Both the position numbers and the translations under genes were made by a program. Positions 59,030-64,000 of a stretch of 64,000 nt of DNA are shown here, in pieces (position 1 is the first letter of the stretch; the number at the start of each line of letters is the position of its first letter). The notes beneath the pieces were generated by a model. That model worked only from the letters and a program-made list of their open reading frames with translations, was not told where the DNA came from and searched no databases. Source of the stretch: an uncultured Bacilli bacterium (GTDB lineage: Bacteria > Bacillota_I > Bacilli_A > RF39 > UBA660); NCBI GenBank assembly GCA_947623925.1, contig CANQID010000001.1, positions 4,047 through 68,046 on the forward strand, given 5' to 3'.

Positions 59030-60736
59030 ATGAATAATAAAAAAATATTGCATTTAGGGATATCAATATTGTTATTTATTTTTAATATATTATTTGTTTC
59101 AACATTTCTTTTTATTTTTAAAATATCTATAAATGTTTGGAATACCATTTTAGCTATATTAATAACAACATTTGAATATTTTATTTTAATGAAAAAAAGG
59201 GAATATGATTTAAAGGATATAATTAAGTATATTATTATATTTTTATTTCTAATAATAGCTTGTAATTATATATCAGGAAAAATTTATGATACATCCTGGG
59301 ATGGAAGTTCATATCATAAAGTTGCTGTTGGAGAATTAAAAAACGGATGGAATCCTTTATATGAAAATATAGAAGATTTTAATGAAAGTGAAGAAAATCC
59401 TTTAGTTCTTCAAAATACACATTCAATATGGGATAATCATTATGCAAAAGGGTATTGGATTTATGCAGCAAATATGTACAAAATTACTAATAATATAGAA
59501 AGTGGAAAAAGTATATTATTACTTTCTATTATATCTACATTTTTAATTTCTTTTAGTTTTTTGAATGACAAAATAAAAAAAGGATATAGCTTTATATTGT
59601 CTTGCTTGCTGGCATTAAATCCAGTTATGTTATGTCAAATTTCTACCTATTATAATGATGGATTATTGGGAAATTTTGTAATTATGCTAATAATTGCGCT
59701 ATTCATGATTACGGATAGTAAAAAGGAAATTATATTTGAAAAGTATTTACTATATTTTTTGATATTATGTATTTTAATTAATATAAAGTTTACTGGTTTT
59801 GCATATGCAGGTATATATTCATTTGTGTTTTACATGTATATATTAATAAGTAAAAAGCAACGTAAAAACAATTTAAAATTATTGACTATTGTAACAGTAA
59901 TCGGTTTAGTAGTGAGTTTAGGGGTAATTGGACTTTCAACATATCCTAAAAATTTTGTTGAACATGGTCATCCTTTTTACCCACTTTATGGTAAGGGAAA
60001 TGTAGATATAATGGAATCTACAACACCTACAGAATTATATAAAATGAATAGATTTAAACGATTCGTAATATCTAATTTCTCTTATACTTATAATAGAATT
60101 AATTATTCGTATAGAATAAAAGTACCATTTACTTTTGAATCAAGTGAACTAGAAAATTTTAGAACACCAGATACAAGAGTTGGTGGATATGGGGTTTTGT
60201 TTGGAGGAATATTAATTCTTAGTTTAGCATTTGGAATATATGCATTGTTTAAAAATTATAAAGAAAGGAAAAATTGCACTAATTATTTATTAACTATATT
60301 TTGCATGTTTATAGTTATAGCTATATTGAAAGAAAGTTGGTGGGCAAGGTATTTTCCACAATTCTATTTGATTCCAATATTAGTGATATTAATGCTTTTA
60401 AATTTAAAAAAAGATAAAATAACAAAAATTGCTCCTTTATTAATGATCATAGCTTTGATATTTAATTCTTACTTAATAGCAAATTATTCATTAAGTGAAA
60501 TCATTCATCAAAGAAATGTTATAAATACAACTAGATCTATTATCAAAAATATAAATGAAGATAAAATGTTATTAGTTGATACCTCTTCATATCTTAATGA
60601 TTCAACTTTTGATGGCATGGCTTATGATATATATGATATACATAAAAATATGAAAGTAATTAAACCAGATGAAATATTAGATGGATATACGATGTATAGC
60701 TATCCTAATCTTAAGATTTTTGTAAAGGAGGAATAA
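59030..60736 (+). CDS. polytopic membrane protein, candidate GT-C-fold glycosyltransferase/polymerase
   Basis: 568-aa product with >10 TM helices and a C-terminal extracytoplasmic domain. Immediately upstream of a UbiA-type polyprenyl-P phosphoribosyltransferase-like gene. Confidence 0.5.
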   Translation: MNNKKILHLGISILLFIFNILFVSTFLFIFKISINVWNTILAILITTFEYFILMKKREYDLKDIIKYIIIFLFLIIACNYISGKIYDTSWDGSSYHKVAVGELKNGWNPLYENIEDFNESEENPLVLQNTHSIWDNHYAKGYWIYAANMYKITNNIESGKSILLLSIISTFLISFSFLNDKIKKGYSFILSCLLALNPVMLCQISTYYNDGLLGNFVIMLIIALFMITDSKKEIIFEKYLLYFLILCILINIKFTGFAYAGIYSFVFYMYILISKKQRKNNLKLLTIVTVIGLVVSLGVIGLSTYPKNFVEHGHPFYPLYGKGNVDIMESTTPTELYKMNRFKRFVISNFSYTYNRINYSYRIKVPFTFESSELENFRTPDTRVGGYGVLFGGILILSLAFGIYALFKNYKERKNCTNYLLTIFCMFIVIAILKESWWARYFPQFYLIPILVILMLLNLKKDKITKIAPLLMIIALIFNSYLIANYSLSEIIHQRNVINTTRSIIKNINEDKMLLVDTSSYLNDSTFDGMAYDIYDIHKNMKVIKPDEILDGYTMYSYPNLKIFVKEE

Positions 60737-60737
60737 T

Positions 60738-61580
60738 GTGAAAAAATATTTTCAATTAATAAGAATTAATCATTGGATAAAAAATTTTTTGATATTTATT
60801 CCAATGTTGACTGCTCATATTTTGACCTCTCAAAATGTTTTTAAAGTAATCTTAGGTTTTTTGTCATTTTCATTTTTAACATCATTTATTTATATAATTA
60901 ATGATATTCAAGATATTGAAAAAGATAAGTTGCATCCGAGAAAATGTAAAAGGCCCTTACCTAGTGGTGAAATAAAAAAATCTGAAGCAATATATATTGC
61001 TTTGTTAATTATAATAACAAGTATTATAATTAATAGTATTATAAACAAATCATTTATAAATTTTTCTTTGTTGTGGTTAATAGCTTATCTTGTAATCAAT
61101 GTTTTATATAGTTTTGGATTAAAAAATGTGCCAATAGTAGATATTTTTATTTTAGCTTTAGGATTTGTTATAAGGATATATTATGGAGCATCAATAATAA
61201 ATGTTGAAGTTTCTGATTGGCTATTTTTAACTATTTTAAGTGCATCGTTATTTCTAGGTTTAGGTAAGAGAAAGAAGGAAATTAAACAAAGTAAAAAATC
61301 TCGTAAAGTTTTAGAAGAATATAGTGAAAATTTTTTAGATAAATTTCAATATATATGTTTAACTTTGACTTTAGTATTTTATTCATTATGGGTTATTTTA
61401 CAAAATATAAAATATTTAATTGTAACTATACCATTAATTATGATTATTTTTATGAAGTATTGTTTAAAAATTGAAAATAGTGATGAAGGTGATCCTACTA
61501 CTATTTTATATCAGGATAAAAGCTTATTAATTTTATGCTTCTTATATGGCATTTTATTATTGATATTGATGGTGTGCTAA
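60738..61580 (+). CDS. UbiA-family prenyltransferase, decaprenyl-phosphate phosphoribosyltransferase (DPPR synthase, Rv3806c)-like
   Basis: NDIQDIEKDKLHPRKCKRPLPSGEI (NDxxDxxxD plus RPLPSG), 7-8 TM helices, 280 aa. Confidence 0.65.
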   Translation: MKKYFQLIRINHWIKNFLIFIPMLTAHILTSQNVFKVILGFLSFSFLTSFIYIINDIQDIEKDKLHPRKCKRPLPSGEIKKSEAIYIALLIIITSIIINSIINKSFINFSLLWLIAYLVINVLYSFGLKNVPIVDIFILALGFVIRIYYGASIINVEVSDWLFLTILSASLFLGLGKRKKEIKQSKKSRKVLEEYSENFLDKFQYICLTLTLVFYSLWVILQNIKYLIVTIPLIMIIFMKYCLKIENSDEGDPTTILYQDKSLLILCFLYGILLLILMVC

Positions 61581-61581
61581 T

Positions 61582-62241
61582 ATGAATGTGTATGATTTTG
61601 ATGGCACTATTTATGATGGTGATAGTTCATTAGATTTTTTCCTATTTTGTTTAAAAAAAGGTAAGGTTGGAATAATTTGTTTATTAAAAATATTATTCTC
61701 TACTCCATTGTATCTAATCAAAGTTATTTCTACTAAGAAATATAAACAAATATTTTTTTCGTTTTTGAAAAAATTAAAAAATCCAGATGAACTTATAGAA
61801 GTTTTTTGGGTACAACATGTTTATAAAATAAATAATGAAATGGATGCTATTTTAAGAAACAGAATTAATAATATTATTATAACTGCTTCTCCAGAATTTT
61901 TAGTTAGTCCTATAGCAATAAAATATAATTGCAAAATCATAGGTACTAGAATGAATGTAAGAACAGGTATTATTACTGGTAATAATTGTAGCGGAGATGA
62001 AAAAATTAAAAGATTAAATCAAAATTATTCTGATGTTAAAATTTTTGAATTTTATACTGACTCGTTAAAAGATAAGCCGCTTGCAAAATTGGCAAAAGAA
62101 AGTTATATGGTAGTAAATAAAAAAATAGTCTTATGGAATGAAAAAATTTTAAAATTTAAAAAAAGAAAAAATAATATTTTGATTATAGTATTACTATTTT
62201 TTATAGTATGTTTTTCATTTCTTTTATTACAAGTATTTTAA
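61582..62241 (+). CDS. HAD-superfamily (IB-like) phosphatase with C-terminal TM anchor
   Basis: HAD motif I YDFDGTIYDGDS and C-terminal hydrophobic helix (ILIIVLLFFIVCFSFLLL). Confidence 0.6.
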   Translation: MNVYDFDGTIYDGDSSLDFFLFCLKKGKVGIICLLKILFSTPLYLIKVISTKKYKQIFFSFLKKLKNPDELIEVFWVQHVYKINNEMDAILRNRINNIIITASPEFLVSPIAIKYNCKIIGTRMNVRTGIITGNNCSGDEKIKRLNQNYSDVKIFEFYTDSLKDKPLAKLAKESYMVVNKKIVLWNEKILKFKKRKNNILIIVLLFFIVCFSFLLLQVF

Positions 62242-62345
62242 TTTATTTTTAAAATATCGATTCAAGTATATTTGAATATTACAAAATTATAAGCAATAGT
62301 TTATAAGATAACAATAAGTTAATGAAAATTAATTAATAGTATGTA

Positions 62346-62378
62346 AGAATATATTTGATTTATATTCTTTTTTTGGTA
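62346..62378 (+). terminator. rho-independent terminator
   Basis: AAGAATAT atttgattt ATATTCTT followed by TTTTT. An extended -10 (TGgTATAAT) follows. Confidence 0.5.
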
Positions 62379-62462
62379 TAATTAAATTGTGCCATAGGTA
62401 CTAATAGTATTACTATTTTAGGAGAGGAGAAGTAATGAAATAAAATTTCATTGTGATTTATT

Positions 62463-63209
62463 ATGAAATATTGTAATTTAAATATTAATCTTACAAATAA
62501 AAAAGAATTATTTGAAATAGATTCTAATAAAACAAAATGCATAGTAACTTTAAATGCACAGATAATTAGATTAGCTAATACTAATAAAAAATTATTTGAT
62601 TTTGTTAATAGAAATTATGCAACAATAGATGGACAAGTTCCATTGAAAATAGCTAGACTTGTTGATAAAAGATTTAAACAAGTAGAAAAACTATCAGGTA
62701 GTGAAATAGTTTATGATTTTTGTGAATATGCTAAAAAAAATAATATGAAGATATATTTTCTAGGTGGAAAAGAAGATTCAAATAAGCAGGCAGTAAAGAA
62801 TGTAAAGGAAAAATATGGGATCGAAGTAGATGGATATTCTCCATCATATGAAGATTATCCTTTTTCTGAAAAATTTGTTAAAGATTGCATGTCTCATATC
62901 AAAAAATCAAAACCTGATATAATTTTTGTTGGATTTGGAGCACCAAAACAAGAATTTTTTATGAACGATAATTTAGATGAATTGACAAAATGTGGTGTTA
63001 AATTTGCTATAGGTAGTGGGGGAACTGTTGATTTTGTTTCTGGAAAAGTTAAAAGAGCACCAGAAAAAGTAAGTAAAATGGGATTAGAAGGTGTTTATAG
63101 GTTATTTAAGGAATTTAACAAAGCACGTTTTAAAAGAATAATATATTCATTTGGATTTTTTAAATATGTAAAAGGTAAACCTTCTTTTATTAAGGAAGAG
63201 GAGAAGTAA
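62463..63209 (+). CDS. tagA: WecB/TagA/CpsF-family (GT26) glycosyltransferase
   Basis: GT26 motifs (IYFLGGKEDS..., IIFVGFGAPKQEFFM, AIGSGGTVDFVSGKVKRAP, GLEGVYRL). Confidence 0.75.
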   Translation: MKYCNLNINLTNKKELFEIDSNKTKCIVTLNAQIIRLANTNKKLFDFVNRNYATIDGQVPLKIARLVDKRFKQVEKLSGSEIVYDFCEYAKKNNMKIYFLGGKEDSNKQAVKNVKEKYGIEVDGYSPSYEDYPFSEKFVKDCMSHIKKSKPDIIFVGFGAPKQEFFMNDNLDELTKCGVKFAIGSGGTVDFVSGKVKRAPEKVSKMGLEGVYRLFKEFNKARFKRIIYSFGFFKYVKGKPSFIKEEEK

Positions 63210-63210
63210 T

Positions 63211-64000
63211 ATGTTATGTGCTTTAATAATGGCTGGAGGTATTGGTTCAAGATTTTGGCCACAATCAACACTTGAAAGACCAAAACAATTTTTATCATTA
63301 ATTAATGATAAAACAATGTTACAAATGACATATGACAGAATTAATAAATTAATTCCTAAAGAGAATATATTTATTGTAACAAATTCAAGGTATATTGCTT
63401 CTGTAAAAGAACAAATAGTTGGTATAGATGATTTTAATATTATAGTTGAACCTTGTTCAAAAAATACCGCACCATGTATATTATTATCAGCTTTATATAT
63501 AAAAAAAGTTTATAAAGAAGCGAATGTTGTATGTATATCATCTGATAGTTATATAAAAAATGAAAGTAAATTTATAGAAGATATAAAACTTGCTAATAAA
63601 TTCATTTCTGAAAAGAAAGATGCCATAGTAACAATTGGAATAGAACCATCAAGGCCAGAAACTGGTTATGGATACATAAAATATGAAAGGGGTAATTGTA
63701 AGGTTTTAAAGGTTTCACGATTTGTTGAAAAACCAAATTACGAATTAGCAAAAAGTTATTATGAAAGTGAAGAATATCTATGGAATGCTGGAATGTTTAT
63801 TTTTAATACAACTGCTATATTAAATGAATTTAAAGAAAATACGCCTCATGAATATGAATTATTGAGTGAATTGCCAGATTACAGAGATGACAATTACTAT
63901 AATATTTTAAATTTAAATTATGAAAAATGTACAAAAATATCTATTGATTATGCAATAATGGAAAAATCAAATAATATATATACAATTCCAACAAATATAG
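63211..64000 (+). CDS. manC: mannose-1-phosphate guanylyltransferase (GDP-mannose pyrophosphorylase), 3' end outside the window
   Basis: MLCALIMAGGIGSRFWPQSTLERPKQFL followed by GTase core motifs. The frame is open to the window end. Confidence 0.75.
   Translation, partial: MLCALIMAGGIGSRFWPQSTLERPKQFLSLINDKTMLQMTYDRINKLIPKENIFIVTNSRYIASVKEQIVGIDDFNIIVEPCSKNTAPCILLSALYIKKVYKEANVVCISSDSYIKNESKFIEDIKLANKFISEKKDAIVTIGIEPSRPETGYGYIKYERGNCKVLKVSRFVEKPNYELAKSYYESEEYLWNAGMFIFNTTAILNEFKENTPHEYELLSELPDYRDDNYYNILNLNYEKCTKISIDYAIMEKSNNIYTIPTNI

Noticed and set aside
62435-62462. Two-codon mini-ORF (ATG AAA TAA) with its own RBS, plus hairpin ATGAAAT aaa ATTTCAT, just upstream of tagA
   Set aside because: It could be a leader or translational-coupling device, but a 2-codon ORF next to a strong RBS can easily arise by chance in an AT-rich sequence. 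There is no supporting conservation.
71-63298. All minus-strand ORFs in the six-frame track (e.g. 71-307, 1064-1318, 1506-1805, 2345-2710, 10401-10694, 16371-16787, 17361-17681, 24003-24215, 49066-49428, 63095-63298)
   Set aside because: Each is nested antisense within a well-supported + strand gene. They are short and have low-complexity F/I/L/S-rich translations typical of AT-rich antisense frames. They lack RBSs and recognisable domains.
1-64000. CRISPR arrays, rRNA/tRNA genes, IS elements or integrases
   Set aside because: No regularly spaced direct repeats with unique spacers were seen, and no cloverleaf-capable tRNA-like or rRNA-like segments. None of the ORF products carries a transposase (DDE) or tyrosine/serine recombinase signature. 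The only repeats are the two regulatory duplications and the short tandem repeats reported above.

Overview
AT-rich (roughly 25-30% GC) Firmicutes-type chromosomal segment, probably Clostridia-like. All credible genes lie on the + strand. The first ~26 kb is conserved core: rimM(3' end)-trmD-rplS-lepB, then rbgA-mrnC-rlmB-sigH, then secE-nusG-rplK-rplA-rplJ-rplL-methyltransferase-rpoB-rpoC. Two accessory insertions interrupt it. One is an ~8 kb block between lepB and rbgA carrying a K/N-rich protein, a MATE transporter, a CarD/CdnL-like regulator, CutA, a frameshifted rhuM and a KilA-N gene; the last two are each preceded by a copy of the same ~87-nt palindrome-bearing element. The other is a pair of acidic coiled-coil proteins between sigH and secE, where rpmG would normally sit. 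The str operon does not follow rpoC; a lipoprotein gene and a T-box-regulated archaeal-type proS follow instead. Next comes a two-gene surface module: a dockerin-bearing SH3b/GH73-like peptidoglycan hydrolase and a membrane-anchored cohesin-domain protein. From ~33.8 kb to the window end is a ~30 kb cell-envelope glycan locus. It contains TagO/WecA, several GT2/GT4/GT26 glycosyltransferases, Wzx, Wzy-like and GT-C-like membrane proteins, an acyltransferase-3, a GtrB-like GT2 with an ArnE/F-like small-transporter pair, and a sulfotransferase-like protein. It also contains a 7-gene phosphonate (C-P) tailoring operon: a class-V aminotransferase, a TagD::Gfo/Idh/MocA fusion, LicD, a cytidylyltransferase::PEP-mutase fusion, phosphonopyruvate decarboxylase, a LicC-like nucleotidyltransferase and an Fe-ADH. 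Near the 3' end are a UbiA-type polyprenyl-phosphate phosphoribosyltransferase-like gene with an HAD phosphatase, then tagA-like and manC-like genes. A ~70-nt promoter module with an extended -10 is duplicated in front of two operons of the glycan locus. No rRNA, tRNA or CRISPR arrays were seen.
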